Below, in pieces: positions 27,613 through 38,891 of a stretch of DNA of 61,472 nt (positions within the stretch are counted from its first letter, which is position 1; each line of letters opens with the position of its first letter). Position numbers and translations under genes: made by a program. The stretch is from assembly GCA_002009975.1 (NCBI GenBank), contig MTLP01000039.1:1-61472 (forward strand), written 5' to 3'. The stretch comes from Thermococcus sp. JdFR-02 (GTDB taxonomy: Archaea > Methanobacteriota_B > Thermococci > Thermococcales > Thermococcaceae). The notes below the pieces were generated by a model. That model did not search any database, was not told the DNA's origin, and saw only the letters and a program-made list of their open reading frames with translations.

Positions 27613-28929
27613 CTAAGCCTTCAAGAGCCTTAATGCAACATCTTCATAAATCTTGGGTAACAGTTCCAAGGAAGAAATCTCCGCGTATTCGTTGGGTCCG
27701 TGAACGTTTCCTCCTCTTGGTCCAAAGTCTATGGCTTCAACACCATAGGAAGTGAAATATCTTGAATCAGAAGCACCAGCACCCTCAACAAGTTTAATTC
27801 TTTCCCCAAAACTCTTCAATGTTCCAGTTATTGCTTTGATGATTGCTGAATTTGGTGAGGTAAAGAGATAACCAGCCTTTTCATTATGCCTAATTGTCAG
27901 CTTTGCATTTGGAAGATTGAACTTCAGGATTTCTCTAAATTTCTCCTCTAGTTCCTTTGGAGAATGACTCATAGCTCTTATGTCAACTACAAGCTTGTGA
28001 ATGCCATTTTCAAAATTATATATATTGGGTGTTATTGAGACGCCAAAATCACTGTATTTCTCAGTGCCTATTGGAGCTCTAACCAAAGGCACTATTGTTT
28101 TCAAAAGATTCGTTAAACTTAAATCCGCTTCAAATTCCTTTCCATTTTCACTAAGCCTCAAATAGCTTAACTCAACTTTGCTCGGTAGAACGTTTGACTT
28201 CAAAAATTTCCCCTCAACTCTGACTGCAAGAATATCCTCGTTCCTTAGGAAATGGGACAGAGCAATCATTGGATGAGTATCAACACCGGGCATGAAGTAA
28301 GCGGCATGTCTGGTCTCAAATATAGGAGTGCTTATAATAAATGCTCTCTTCTTCAGTTCACCCTTAACCTTAATCTTTTGTTCTGGAACTTCAATTATTG
28401 CTCCAAATCCTTTCCTACGCCTTATTATTGGGCTCATACCGACTCCATCAGCGTTGATTAAATATTTAGGCAATCGGTTCTCTTCCTTAAGCTTCTCTGC
28501 TATATGCATAGCCAATTTGCCACCAATTTCTTCATCTCCAGTAAATGCAAACAGAATCTTTCCATCGAGTTTTTTCTTTGAAAGCTCTTTTAAAGCAAGC
28601 ATAACTCCAGCAACGTTGCCTTTGTCATCAGCACTTCCTCTTCCAAAAACCTTGTCCCCAACTTTAGTGAGCTTAAAGGGGTCAAACTTCCACTCTTCAA
28701 TATTCACTGGAACAACATCGAAGTGAGCCATGAACATTACCTTTGGCTTTCCTTCTCCAATTTCCCCAAAAACTGCATAGTAATTATCTCTTTCAATTAT
28801 TTCGCTCTCTATTCCCCAATCTGCTAATCTATCTCTGATAAAGCTTGGACATTCCTTGCTTGGCTTCTTTCCCTCAGAGGGATTATTTATGGTCTCAATT
28901 TCCACGAGCTGAGAAAGTAACTCAAGCAT
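27613..28929 (-). CDS. M20 family metallopeptidase/deacylase
   Basis: AHFDVVP, GRGSADDKG, DEEIG, GASDSRYF, NVHGPNE. Start placed at MLELLS. Confidence 0.9.
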   Translation of the reverse strand: MLELLSQLVEIETINNPSEGKKPSKECPSFIRDRLADWGIESEIIERDNYYAVFGEIGEGKPKVMFMAHFDVVPVNIEEWKFDPFKLTKVGDKVFGRGSADDKGNVAGVMLALKELSKKKLDGKILFAFTGDEEIGGKLAMHIAEKLKEENRLPKYLINADGVGMSPIIRRRKGFGAIIEVPEQKIKVKGELKKRAFIISTPIFETRHAAYFMPGVDTHPMIALSHFLRNEDILAVRVEGKFLKSNVLPSKVELSYLRLSENGKEFEADLSLTNLLKTIVPLVRAPIGTEKYSDFGVSITPNIYNFENGIHKLVVDIRAMSHSPKELEEKFREILKFNLPNAKLTIRHNEKAGYLFTSPNSAIIKAITGTLKSFGERIKLVEGAGASDSRYFTSYGVEAIDFGPRGGNVHGPNEYAEISSLELLPKIYEDVALRLLKA

Positions 28930-29001
28930 TTTCAACACCATTAAGATTTCCATCGAAATGATATTTAACTTTTAGCTTAAAGAAGAGTAAAACAAAAGAA
29001 G

Positions 29002-30438
29002 CTAAACCTTTATCCTTTTCCAGATTGTCCCTTGTGGTGTATCCTCCAATTGAATTCCCATTTCTCTAAGCTTCGCCCTTATCTCATCGGCTAAAGCATA
29101 GTTCTTCTGCTTTCTTAATTCTGCCCTAATCTGGATTAGAAGCTCTATCAATTCTTTCTCCTTGCTCTCCTCTTTGCTTTCCTTGAAGTATTCTTCAAAT
29201 AATCCAAAGATCTCCCCAACCATCTGGAAGAATTCCAAAGCTTTTCTTAAAACACTTTCTTTTGGCTTTTCAACCTCTGCTAAGTACTTATTCACAGCGT
29301 TTGCCACTTCAAATATTGGCTTCATGGCTTCAGCCATGTTGAAGTCATCATCCATAGCCTCATAAAACTTTTCCTTTGCTTTCCTTATCGCCTCATAAAG
29401 CTCAAACTCCTCTTTGTTCCATTTAAATGGTATTTCAGCTTTTTCTAAGGCTATTCTAATATTCTCAATTGTGTTGTAAAGCCTTTCAAGATTATTCTTC
29501 GCATGCTGAATCCCTTCTTCAGTATAGTCAAGAGGTGAGCGGTAATGTCTCTGTAAGACAAAGAACCTGATGACCTCTGGAGAGTACCTTTCCAAAAGCT
29601 CCCTAATCGTTACAAAGTTTCCAAGACTTTTGCTCATCTTCTCCCCTTTAACCATTACAAATCCGGTGTGGAGCCAATATTTAACCCATTCCTTTCCTGT
29701 GCATGCTTCGGTTTGTGCTATCTCATTCTCGTGATGTGGAAATATCAAATCATTTCCTCCGCCGTGGATATCGAATTGTTCTCCCAAATACTTAGTACTC
29801 ATGGTTGAACATTCGATGTGCCATCCGGGTCTTCCTTCTCCCCAAGGACTTTCCCATTTAGGTTCTCCAGGTTTAGCTTTCTTCCAAAGGGCAAAGTCTT
29901 CTGGATTCTTCTTTCCTTCCCCTGGCTCAACTCTTGCACCAGCTACGATTTCTTCCAAATTTACTTTGCTTAACTTCCCATAATCCTTGAATTTTCTGAC
30001 CTCAAAATAGACACCATCTAAAGCCTCGTAAGCATAACCCTTTTCTTCAAGCTTTTTCACGAACTCAATGATGTCTTTTATATGTTCGGTTACCCTAGGA
30101 TAAACATCAGCAGGCTTAACCTTTAATGCTTCCATGTCTTCTAAGAAAAAGTGCATAAATTTTTCAGCCAGCTCATTTGGATCTTCTCCAGTTTCATTTG
30201 CTCTCCTTATTATCTTGTCGTCTATATCCGTAAAGTTCATTACCATCAGCACGGTATAGCCCTTATGCTCTAAATAACGCCTAATCACGTCAAAGGCAAT
30301 GTAAGTTCTTGCATGTCCAAGATGAGTGTAATCGTAAACCGTTGGACCACATACATACATTCTAACTTCTCCGTCTCTCAAAGGAACAAACTCCTCTTTT
30401 TGCTTTGTTAGAGTGTTATACACTTTCACATTTACCAC
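29002..30438 (-). CDS. cysS: Cysteine--tRNA ligase
   Basis: CGPTVY, HLGH, PGWHIEC, FPHHENE, KMSKS. Confidence 0.98.
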   Translation of the reverse strand: MVNVKVYNTLTKQKEEFVPLRDGEVRMYVCGPTVYDYTHLGHARTYIAFDVIRRYLEHKGYTVLMVMNFTDIDDKIIRRANETGEDPNELAEKFMHFFLEDMEALKVKPADVYPRVTEHIKDIIEFVKKLEEKGYAYEALDGVYFEVRKFKDYGKLSKVNLEEIVAGARVEPGEGKKNPEDFALWKKAKPGEPKWESPWGEGRPGWHIECSTMSTKYLGEQFDIHGGGNDLIFPHHENEIAQTEACTGKEWVKYWLHTGFVMVKGEKMSKSLGNFVTIRELLERYSPEVIRFFVLQRHYRSPLDYTEEGIQHAKNNLERLYNTIENIRIALEKAEIPFKWNKEEFELYEAIRKAKEKFYEAMDDDFNMAEAMKPIFEVANAVNKYLAEVEKPKESVLRKALEFFQMVGEIFGLFEEYFKESKEESKEKELIELLIQIRAELRKQKNYALADEIRAKLREMGIQLEDTPQGTIWKRIKV

Positions 30439-30523
30439 CTAGAAGGCAATCTGCCTAAAGGGTTTTATTAGAATATCGATTGAGGTAAGGATAACTTTTA
30501 TAAAAATTTTAACTTGAAGTAAA

Positions 30524-30539
30524 TTTAGGGTGACCTAAA
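30524..30539. promoter_or_regulatory. DtxR-like operator upstream of the metal ABC transporter
   Basis: Perfect palindrome TTTAGG-GTGA-CCTAAA overlapping the RBS, about 20 bp downstream of TTTTATAAAA. Confidence 0.75.
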
Positions 30540-30541
30540 AT

Positions 30542-31525
30542 ATGATCAAAAAGATAATTATGCTAATCCTAATCCTCACACTGCTAATTCCTCAAGCGAG
30601 AGCTGAAAAGCCTTTGATAGTTGTGAGTATTCCTCCTTTAGCTGAAATAGTTAGAGAAGCCTTTGGTGAAAGCATTGAAGTTGTTTATTTAATACCTCTT
30701 GGAGCTGATCCTCATCAGGCACAATTAACGACTCAGCAAATAGAGCAAATAAAGAAAGCAACGATAATAGTGACAAGCGGTGGTCATTTGCCTATTGAAC
30801 AAAATATAATGGAATTAAAAAAAGCTGGAGACATTAGAGCAAGGGTTTTATGGATAGATGATTATCAAAGAGAAGGCTTTTCTTATTTAGAAAAGAGGTG
30901 GATGGAAGGCAAAAACGAGCACGGAATTTGGCTTGATCCAAGAAATGGGCTTGCAATAGCAAGAGCTGTTAAGAAAGCACTAATTGAAAAAGACCCTTTA
31001 AATGCTGGAGTTTATGAGAAAAAATTTCAGATTTTTGAAGAGAGAATTATCACAATAATGAACTCCTATCAAGTTCTTATAGGGAAATTAAACAAAAATG
31101 TTACCGCAATAATAGAAATGCCCTCTATGCAGTATGCTGTGGAATGGTTAGGAGTAAGATCAATTGAAGCTATAAAGCCAGAGGAAGAATATCCAGCAAA
31201 GAGTATTGATGAGTTATTGACCTCAAGTGAAAGTTTTGACCTAATAGTGTACTCAACAAACTCACCAGAGCAATTAAAAATAGCTGCAGAAGATTTAGCA
31301 AAAAGAAGTGGGAAGCCTTTAGCAAATATCCAAGTGTTCTGGACGAACAAAGAGTATAGTAAGGTTTTAATTGAAAATTCAGCAGAAATTTTGAAAGCTT
31401 TGGAAGTAAAAGAAGCTCAAAAGGTAGTTGTTGAAGAAAAAAGCAACTCCATATATGCTATTTTAGCATTGCTACTTGGTATTGCTATAGGTCTTACGGG
31501 AGGAATGTTGCTATGGAGGCAGTGA
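30542..31525 (+). CDS. Metal ABC transporter substrate-binding protein (ZnuA/TroA family) with C-terminal membrane anchor
   Basis: Signal peptide, GADPHQ, NEHGIWLDP, C-terminal hydrophobic helix. Confidence 0.88.
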   Translation: MIKKIIMLILILTLLIPQARAEKPLIVVSIPPLAEIVREAFGESIEVVYLIPLGADPHQAQLTTQQIEQIKKATIIVTSGGHLPIEQNIMELKKAGDIRARVLWIDDYQREGFSYLEKRWMEGKNEHGIWLDPRNGLAIARAVKKALIEKDPLNAGVYEKKFQIFEERIITIMNSYQVLIGKLNKNVTAIIEMPSMQYAVEWLGVRSIEAIKPEEEYPAKSIDELLTSSESFDLIVYSTNSPEQLKIAAEDLAKRSGKPLANIQVFWTNKEYSKVLIENSAEILKALEVKEAQKVVVEEKSNSIYAILALLLGIAIGLTGGMLLWRQ

Positions 31526-32304
31526 TTGCTGAAGGTGTAAACATTTATTACAATGACTATAAAGCAGTTGAAGGGCTAAACTTTAAACTTAAGGAAGAGG
31601 AAACTTTGCTTTTGCTCGGTCCAAACGGAGCAGGGAAAACTACATTATTAAGAACGCTTGCGGGATTTCATAAAAACTATGATGGGAAGCTTTTGATTTT
31701 TGGAAGAAAGCCATCAGATGGGAGAGAACTTATATCTTATGTCCCCCAGACGCACTCATTGAATGAAAGAGTCCCATTAACAGCTGTAGAGATAGTTGCA
31801 ATGGGAGGGCTTTATAAAAAGGGCTTTATTCATAACAACATACCAAAAGAGCTCATAAAAAAAGCTGAAGAGACTTTGAAATTCGTTGGACTAAGTAAAA
31901 TAAAAAACAAGCCCTTTAAAGAGCTTAGCGGAGGGCAAAAGCAAAGAGTTCTGCTTGCAAGAGCCTTGGTTTCAGATCCAAAGATTTTGCTCTTAGATGA
32001 ACCTCTGTCGGCTTTAGATCCAAACGCGAGAGTTGAGGTTACAAGTGTTCTAGGAAAAATAAAAAGAGAGAAGAGAATTTCGATGATAATCGCGACCCAT
32101 GATATTAATCCACTAACTGAAATTGGAGACAAAGTAATGCTTTTGAATAAGCGCTTAGTTGCCTTTGGAACTCCAGATGAAGTTCTTAGAGATGAAATAA
32201 TAAGTGAAGTTTACGGTCCTCTCTCTAAAGCAGTCAAAGTTGGAGGGAAGCTTTACTGTATAATCGGGGATGTGCACTTACAGGGCAGAGGTGGGAAGAG
32301 ATGA
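31513..32304 (+). CDS. Metal ABC transporter ATP-binding protein (ZnuC-like)
   Basis: GPNGAGKTT, YVPQ, LSGGQKQR, LLLDEP, THD. Confidence 0.93.
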   Translation: MEAVIAEGVNIYYNDYKAVEGLNFKLKEEETLLLLGPNGAGKTTLLRTLAGFHKNYDGKLLIFGRKPSDGRELISYVPQTHSLNERVPLTAVEIVAMGGLYKKGFIHNNIPKELIKKAEETLKFVGLSKIKNKPFKELSGGQKQRVLLARALVSDPKILLLDEPLSALDPNARVEVTSVLGKIKREKRISMIIATHDINPLTEIGDKVMLLNKRLVAFGTPDEVLRDEIISEVYGPLSKAVKVGGKLYCIIGDVHLQGRGGKR

Positions 32305-33122
32305 TTCCAGAGTACTTAATTAGAGCTTTAATGGCGAGTGTCATGATAAGCCTGTTGCTTGGCTTGTTAAGTCCTTTAATAAACATGAAGGGATTAGCCT
32401 TTTTAACCCATGCAACTTTCCACTCTCTACTCTTTGGTGCAGTTTTGGGCATGATAATTGGATTGCTGATAGGTGAGATGGGAATTATGATTTGGATCGC
32501 TTTGATAGTTACCGTTTTTGCCGTAATATTGATAGCACACTTAGAAGATAAAGGATTAAGTAGCGATACAGCTGTAGGAATAGTTTCAAGCATTGTCGCT
32601 GGACTAACAGTTCTAAGCTTTGGAGTTCTTTATAAAGTAATGGCTTCAAGACCTTACATTGCTGTCTCTCAAAGTATAGTGGCTTATCTAACAGGAGAAG
32701 TGTTCTTGTTATCAATAAATGACTTACTTGGCTTAATGTTTGGAGGATTGTTGATTTTATTTTTGCTGCTTATTCTGTATAGAGATTTTCTCTACGTAAG
32801 CTTTGATCCTGAAGGTGTAGAAAGCTATGGTGGGAACGTTAGAGCCTATTTAATACTCCTTTATATAATAGTTGGGAGCATAGGTGCGTTAGTTGTTAAA
32901 ACAGTTGGACTAATAACTCTACAAGTGATTGCAGTGCTTCCGGGAGCGATAGCACTAATGAGAAGTGAGAATTTGAAAAGCATAATAGCCCTAAGCTTGG
33001 GAATAACGATGGGCGTTGAAATGGTTTCGATAATTCTGGCATATTTTATTGATATACCTCCAAGCGGAATTGCAACAATAATTTTGGGCACAATCTATGG
33101 AGTGTTCACGTTCAAAAAATGA
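32301..33122 (+). CDS. Metal ABC transporter permease (ZnuB-like)
   Basis: Highly hydrophobic; LAFLTHATFH, SDTAVGI, SFDPE, DIPPSG. Confidence 0.9.
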   Translation: MIPEYLIRALMASVMISLLLGLLSPLINMKGLAFLTHATFHSLLFGAVLGMIIGLLIGEMGIMIWIALIVTVFAVILIAHLEDKGLSSDTAVGIVSSIVAGLTVLSFGVLYKVMASRPYIAVSQSIVAYLTGEVFLLSINDLLGLMFGGLLILFLLLILYRDFLYVSFDPEGVESYGGNVRAYLILLYIIVGSIGALVVKTVGLITLQVIAVLPGAIALMRSENLKSIIALSLGITMGVEMVSIILAYFIDIPPSGIATIILGTIYGVFTFKK

Positions 33123-33166
33123 CTACATTTTTAAGCTTTCCCTATCTCTTAATTTTTGGTGAGAGA

Positions 33167-33838
33167 ATGAAGCTTGGTGGGATAGACGAAGCAGGAAGAG
33201 GTCCTGTTATTGGACCTTTAGTTATTGCAGCAGTTGTTATTGATGAGTCAAATCTTGAAAAGCTGAAATCTTTGGGCGTTAAAGATTCAAAAAAGCTCAC
33301 TCCAACGAAAAGAGAAGAGTTATTTAATTCAATAATTGCATTATTAGATGATTATGTAATTATCGAATTATTGCCTGAGCAAATCGACAACAGAGACGTA
33401 AGCCTAAATGAATTTGAAATCAAAAACTTTGTTAAAGCGTTGAATTCTCTAAAAATTAAACCCGATATACTTTACATTGATGCAGCGGATGTTAAAGAAG
33501 AAAGATTCGGGGAAATAATTGGTAAAAGCCTTAACTTTTCTCCAAAGATAATAGCCGAGCATAAAGCAGATGCAAAGTATCCACCAGTTTCAGCAGCTTC
33601 AATTTTGGCAAAAGTTACAAGAGATAGAGCAATTGAAAAGCTGAAAGAAAAATATGGTGAGATTGGGAGTGGCTATCCAAGCGATCCAAGGACAAGGAAA
33701 TTTTTGGAAGAATACTATAAAAAACATGGCGAATTTCCCCCAATTGTGAGAAAGAGCTGGGACACCCTGAGAAAAATTGAAGAGAAGGTGAAAGAGAAGA
33801 AAAAGCAATTTACTCTTCTTGACTTCTTGAAGGAGTAG
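33167..33838 (+). CDS. rnhB: Ribonuclease HII
   Basis: GIDEAGRGPVIGP, DSKKL, IDAAD, SAASILAK, GSGYPSD and C-terminal PIP box QFTLLDF. Start at ATG 33167. Confidence 0.97.
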   Translation: MKLGGIDEAGRGPVIGPLVIAAVVIDESNLEKLKSLGVKDSKKLTPTKREELFNSIIALLDDYVIIELLPEQIDNRDVSLNEFEIKNFVKALNSLKIKPDILYIDAADVKEERFGEIIGKSLNFSPKIIAEHKADAKYPPVSAASILAKVTRDRAIEKLKEKYGEIGSGYPSDPRTRKFLEEYYKKHGEFPPIVRKSWDTLRKIEEKVKEKKKQFTLLDFLKE

Positions 33839-35228
33839 CTTTTCTTTTTGGAATTTTCCCCTTTAGCCAACTAAATGCAGATACAATAAACTCCCAATAC
33901 ATTCTGAGAGAGTTTTCAAAGTACTCCCACTTTATAATCTCATAAGCCATAACGCCCAAAACCACGGCTCCGGGGGGAACCAAAGGAGTTGCATAAAAGC
34001 TGAATTGGGTCTTCCCACCTAAAATCCACTGCAAAGCATAGAAAACTATTGTGCTCCAGAAGATTCCAAACGGAACCAAAATCTTTCCTCTTTTCTTAGC
34101 GGCATAGGGTATTGCAAACACAAAAACCACCATCGAGAGCATTAAAATTGGATCAGTAGCAGCAAATACGTCTGGATTATAATGGAAGGGAAATGGTTTC
34201 AGGCTTATAAACCACTCCCAAAAGGGAGAGTTTGCTGGATGTTCACCTTTGTAGCTCAAATGCCACTTAAAGCTTGATGCAAAATCATAAGCCCAGCCTC
34301 TAAAGCCTAAGAGAATAATTAAAGGCAAATTCGATAGAAGAAATGCTAAAGCCGGCAAGACAATCCCAGTGAAGAAGACCATTTTTTTGCTAATTTTACT
34401 TCTCAATAGCTTGATGAAAAGCACTGGATAAGCAAAAGCCCCATTTAGTTTTGTTGCAGCAGCTAAGCCTATTGAAACACCACTTGCAGGGAAATCATCG
34501 ATTATCATTGCATACATGAAGATCGCGGTGAAAAGAGCGACATGAATGTCAAGCATTGCAGCCAAGGAAGTTGCATACAAAAGAGGATCAAATGCAACAA
34601 AAATCAGGGCAATGAAAGATGCTAAATAGCTTTTACTGATTTTAAGTGTTGCCAGAAACACAAGGAGATTAATGATTAAATGCCCTATTAATCCAGGCAA
34701 GCGCCAGTTAATCGGCTTATCTTCAATCAACATTCCCAAGGATATCAACCCTTTAGCCAAATAAGGATGTTCAGTGTTTAAGTATTCATTTATGTCATTC
34801 TTATCTGGATACATAAATCCGGGAATTATTTCAACACCTTCAATTGAGCTAACATCTTCCAAAAATTCATCGAAACTCTCCCTTGGGATCTCATAATAAA
34901 CAGCGGGGAGATTTACGTAGGGAATGTATCGAGTGTAGTTGTATTCTTGGGCAATTCTCCAAATTTTCAGCTTTACTATCGTCTCATTCTCTTTGGGGAC
35001 TATTATGTTAACTCCCTCACTACCTGCTGTTTCGTTTACATAATGGACATTAATGCCCAATTTATGGAGAACGTTCCTTGAAGAGCTTACATACCAGACC
35101 TCATCGCCGATGTAATCAAACAACCTCTCGCTTGAAGCTTGCTTATAGGAATAGTAAAAAGTCCCAAGAATTATAAAAGCAACGAGTGAGAAGTAAAGCT
35201 TCTTTTTTAAGCTCTTGCTCACCTTCAT
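33810..35228 (-). CDS. Dolichyl-phosphate-mannose--protein mannosyltransferase-like (PMT/GT-C)
   Basis: GDEVWYV (DE motif), [37 protein letters not shown]; many TM helices. Start placed at ATG 35228. Confidence 0.82.
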   Translation of the reverse strand: MKVSKSLKKKLYFSLVAFIILGTFYYSYKQASSERLFDYIGDEVWYVSSSRNVLHKLGINVHYVNETAGSEGVNIIVPKENETIVKLKIWRIAQEYNYTRYIPYVNLPAVYYEIPRESFDEFLEDVSSIEGVEIIPGFMYPDKNDINEYLNTEHPYLAKGLISLGMLIEDKPINWRLPGLIGHLIINLLVFLATLKISKSYLASFIALIFVAFDPLLYATSLAAMLDIHVALFTAIFMYAMIIDDFPASGVSIGLAAATKLNGAFAYPVLFIKLLRSKISKKMVFFTGIVLPALAFLLSNLPLIILLGFRGWAYDFASSFKWHLSYKGEHPANSPFWEWFISLKPFPFHYNPDVFAATDPILMLSMVVFVFAIPYAAKKRGKILVPFGIFWSTIVFYALQWILGGKTQFSFYATPLVPPGAVVLGVMAYEIIKWEYFENSLRMYWEFIVSAFSWLKGKIPKRKATPSRSQEE

Positions 35229-35343
35229 TTTGCCCCCTAATTTACTTGCATTTTTCAGTTTAAACTTTTTTGCCATTAACATTTATAAACCAGCTCAGAA
35301 ACTATTTTATAAGTTCAATGAAAATTCTAAGGCGGTGGTAAAA

Positions 35344-37218
35344 GTGAGAATGTTGCTTATCCACAGCGACTATCTTGAGTATGAGGTCAAAGATAAAGCC
35401 CTTTCAAAGCCAGAAGAAATTGGTGAAGAACTGAGAAAAGGTAAAATGGAGGAAGTTTTGGCTGTTTTCACAAGCGTTGAAAAAGTTGATGAGCAAAATC
35501 CAGATGAAATAGTTGAAAAAGCTGTTAAAGAAATAAAAAATGTTGCATCTCAAGTAAAGGCTCAAAACGTATTCGTGTATCCATTTGCCCATCTAAGTAG
35601 CGAGTTAGCCTCTCCAGATGCTGCTTTAAGCATTCTTAAGAAACTTGAAGAGAAGCTCAAGGAGGAAGGATTTAACGTTAAAAGAGCACCATTTGGTTAT
35701 TACAAGGCTTTTAAACTTTCATGTAAAGGACATCCTTTAGCCGAGCTTTCAAGAACAATAATCCCCGAGGAGGCAAAGAAAGAAGAAGTTCCAGAGGCTT
35801 TGAAGAAAGAGGAAGAGCTCGTCAGCTATTGGTACATTCTAACACCAGAAGGTGAACTAATTGAAGTTGATAAGTTTGACTTCACTGGTCATGAGAATCT
35901 CAAGAAGTTTGCAAACTATGAAATTGCAAAAAGCAGAATTGTAACGGAAGAGCCTCCTCATGTCAAAATCATGCTTGATCAAGAACTCGTAGATTATGAA
36001 GAGGGAAGTGACCCTGGTAACTTGAGATATTATCCAAAGGGAAGGTTAATTAAGTCACTTTTGGAGCAATACGTCACAGAAAAGGTTATCGAATATGGAG
36101 CAATGGAAGTTGAAACACCAATTATGTATGACTTTGAGCATCCGGCTTTGAAGAAGTACTTAAATAGATTCCCTGCAAGACAATACATCGTTTATAGTGG
36201 TGATAAAAAGTTCTTCTTGAGATTTGCCGCTTGCTTTGGTCAGTTCCTAATAAAAAAGGACTCTACAATTAGCTATAGGCACTTACCATTGAGGATGTAT
36301 GAGCTTACGAGATATTCATTTAGAAGAGAGAAGAGAGGAGAGCTCAGCGGTTTAAGAAGACTTAGAGCATTTACAATGCCAGATATGCACACAGTTGCAA
36401 AGGATATAGAACAAGCCAAGGAAGAGTTTAAGAAGCAGTATAAATTGAGCATGGAAGTTCTCAAAGGCGTTGGATTAAGTCCAGAAGATTATGAAGTTGC
36501 AATAAGATTTACAGAGGACTTTTGGAACGAGAATAAAGATTTCATAGTCGAGTTGGCAAAAATAATTGGAAAGCCAGTATTAATTGAGATGTGGAAGCAA
36601 CGCTTTTTCTACTTCATATTGAAGTTTGAGTTCAACTTCGTTGACAACTTGGACAAAGCAGCAGCACTAAGTACTGTTCAAATTGACGTTGAAAATGCCC
36701 AAAGATTTGGAATAACATACTATGATGAAGATGGTTTGGAAAAGCATCCACTACTCCTTCACTGCTCTCCAAGTGGTGCAATTGAAAGAGTAATGTATGC
36801 CATGCTTGAAAAACAGGCAAAATTGACCAAGAAAGGCAAAAAAGCTATGTATCCACTTTGGCTTTCCCCAATACAAGTTAGAGTTATTCCAATCAGTGGG
36901 CAATACTTAGATTATGCACTCTATGTAGCGGGCAAACTTGAAGGTGCAAAGATCAGAGTAGACGTTGATGACAGAAATGAAAGATTAAACAAGAAGATTA
37001 GAGAAGCTGAGAAGGAATGGATTCCCTACATAATAGTTGTTGGTGAAAGCGAGAAGAGGCAAAACATAGTATCAGTAAGAAAGAGAGAAGATGGAAAGCA
37101 ATATGAAATGCAGCTTGAGGACTTGATAAAGGAGATTAAGCAAAGGACAGAAGGCTTTCCATACAAGCCAAGACCACTACCATTGCTACTCTCAAAGAGA
37201 CCAAAGTTTAGAGGTTGA
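35344..37218 (+). CDS. thrS: Threonine--tRNA ligase (archaeal type with DTD-like editing domain)
   Basis: [49 protein letters not shown] start after GGTGGT. Confidence 0.98.
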   Translation: MRMLLIHSDYLEYEVKDKALSKPEEIGEELRKGKMEEVLAVFTSVEKVDEQNPDEIVEKAVKEIKNVASQVKAQNVFVYPFAHLSSELASPDAALSILKKLEEKLKEEGFNVKRAPFGYYKAFKLSCKGHPLAELSRTIIPEEAKKEEVPEALKKEEELVSYWYILTPEGELIEVDKFDFTGHENLKKFANYEIAKSRIVTEEPPHVKIMLDQELVDYEEGSDPGNLRYYPKGRLIKSLLEQYVTEKVIEYGAMEVETPIMYDFEHPALKKYLNRFPARQYIVYSGDKKFFLRFAACFGQFLIKKDSTISYRHLPLRMYELTRYSFRREKRGELSGLRRLRAFTMPDMHTVAKDIEQAKEEFKKQYKLSMEVLKGVGLSPEDYEVAIRFTEDFWNENKDFIVELAKIIGKPVLIEMWKQRFFYFILKFEFNFVDNLDKAAALSTVQIDVENAQRFGITYYDEDGLEKHPLLLHCSPSGAIERVMYAMLEKQAKLTKKGKKAMYPLWLSPIQVRVIPISGQYLDYALYVAGKLEGAKIRVDVDDRNERLNKKIREAEKEWIPYIIVVGESEKRQNIVSVRKREDGKQYEMQLEDLIKEIKQRTEGFPYKPRPLPLLLSKRPKFRG

Positions 37219-37948
37219 GCTTTTTCACTTTTAATCTTTCTACACTTCTACCTTTTGTCGTCCAGAATCTATATGTACAAGGCTCAAAATCTTCAACTGG
37301 GGATTTTATGAAGTGCAACCTCTCAGAGAGTCCTTCTTCCTCAATTTTTGATGACCCGATGATGATGTAGTCGCTTATGCTTGTTATCCATGCAACGAAT
37401 CTCTGAGATACGATGTCTCTATTAAGAGGCAATATAAGTATTGAATTTGGAGCATCCTTCTCTCTGCTTGCAATTGTTTGGTTTAAAAGCTTCAAAGTTG
37501 CATTTTCACCAAACATCAATGATACACCGTCTAATGTATAAACTAATCTTATAATTTCTCTATTGGTGAAATAAGGCTTTAACTCGGAATATATTAGCTC
37601 AATCTTGGGATTTATAGTTTCTGGGTCTACAATGTCCAAGTAGAATATGTTTTTCATGTCAAAACGAGAACCGTATCTTGATCCAAAGACATCAATTATT
37701 GCAACATTCCCTTTCTTGACCTCTTCTTTCAAATTAAGACCTACAAACTCTGCCAATCTAAAGAGCTTTTTAATGGGCATGTTATAGTTTGAGATTATGC
37801 CAAAAGCTCCTTCTTTAAGTTTGTTTGCTAATATTGCAAAACTTATAGCCCATGCTGATGAAAATGCATCATAAATTATTGTAATTGAAGAATTAGGTAA
37901 AAATCTCTCCTTAAATAAATTATCAATTAATGTAATACCTGAGGGCAT
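37208..37948 (-). CDS. Degenerate KaiC/RAD55-like protein without Walker A
   Basis: [11 protein letters not shown]...[10 protein letters not shown] start of a RecA/KaiC fold, [23 protein letters not shown]; no P-loop. Confidence 0.65.
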   Translation of the reverse strand: MPSGITLIDNLFKERFLPNSSITIIYDAFSSAWAISFAILANKLKEGAFGIISNYNMPIKKLFRLAEFVGLNLKEEVKKGNVAIIDVFGSRYGSRFDMKNIFYLDIVDPETINPKIELIYSELKPYFTNREIIRLVYTLDGVSLMFGENATLKLLNQTIASREKDAPNSILILPLNRDIVSQRFVAWITSISDYIIIGSSKIEEEGLSERLHFIKSPVEDFEPCTYRFWTTKGRSVERLKVKKLNL

Positions 37949-38096
37949 TATACTCACCCCCAAGAATCAGATATGTACTAAAAGTAGTCATCATTATTCA
38001 ATTTTTAAATTATCCTTCAAAAGTATTTCGGCATTAAATCTGACAAAAAGTGATGTTGAGAAGAAAATAAAATGCAAAAATGACAAGGAATTATAT

Positions 38097-38798
38097 TTAC
38101 TCTTCAAACTCTTCCTCACTCACAGGCGTTACATTTTTAAACATCTCTTTTATGAACTCCTTAGCCTCTCTGCTAAATTGCTCCTCTTTAACCTCTTTGC
38201 CAAACTTGTTGAAGATTTTTCCCTTCACAAAGTTAAGCTCAAAGACTTCATAAATCTCCTCGCTCCTATTGGCAACATCAATTCCATGCTCCCTTTTCAT
38301 GTGTCTTGCAACACTGTCAATGTCGACGTATTTTCCGCACTCCTCACACTTGTAGAACTGCCATAGCAAATAATCTTGACCATTTAGCATGCTGTTCCGT
38401 AAATGATTTATCAAAAGTCCGCCCAGATATTCGTAAAAGTCTTCCTGGATCAATTTTCCCTTATCTTCAATAACCTTAAATCCATGCCAGATTATATGGT
38501 CATTTATATCAATCAAAGTTGAGCGTAAGAATTTGGAACTTAAAATAAAGGCTCCGTTATAAAGATAGAACGTGTTTTTCTCTGGAACAACTATTATATC
38601 AATTCCCTCTCCCTCTTTATTCTTGCTAATCTTTTCCGCTTCTTCTCTATTTGCTGCAAACTTTATCCTTACATTTAGCTCACTCTTTTTATGTATCCCA
38701 ATTATTCTACCATCTTCCAAATTCCAGTAATAATCATCCAGATTTCTGACCCTTACATAGGCTTTTTTAACCCTCTCATTTAACTCATCATACTTCAT
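38097..38798 (-). CDS. TBP-interacting protein (TIP26 ortholog) with C2H2 zinc finger
   Basis: VRNLDDYYW...GIHKKS...INDHIIW...QFYKCEECGKYVDI...H....HG matches Thermococcus TIP26 as recalled. Confidence 0.85.
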   Translation of the reverse strand: MKYDELNERVKKAYVRVRNLDDYYWNLEDGRIIGIHKKSELNVRIKFAANREEAEKISKNKEGEGIDIIVVPEKNTFYLYNGAFILSSKFLRSTLIDINDHIIWHGFKVIEDKGKLIQEDFYEYLGGLLINHLRNSMLNGQDYLLWQFYKCEECGKYVDIDSVARHMKREHGIDVANRSEEIYEVFELNFVKGKIFNKFGKEVKEEQFSREAKEFIKEMFKNVTPVSEEEFEE

Positions 38799-38891
38799 TC
38801 CCACCACCAAAGAAAAGTTGCCCTTAAGGTTAATAAGTCTTAGCGAAAAAATTTAAAAAGCAATTTCCTTCCAAGGGACAGACAGAATTAT

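Noticed and set aside
33617-33630. 14-nt match (ACAAGAGATAGAGC) between rnhB and the reverse complement of CRISPR spacer 4
   Set aside because: Only 14 of 37 nt match and flanks diverge; insufficient for a self-targeting claim.
37967-37993. Minus-strand TGATGA...CTGA resembling half of a C/D box sRNA or k-turn
   Set aside because: No second C'/D' pair, and the TGATGA lies upstream of the expected transcription start.
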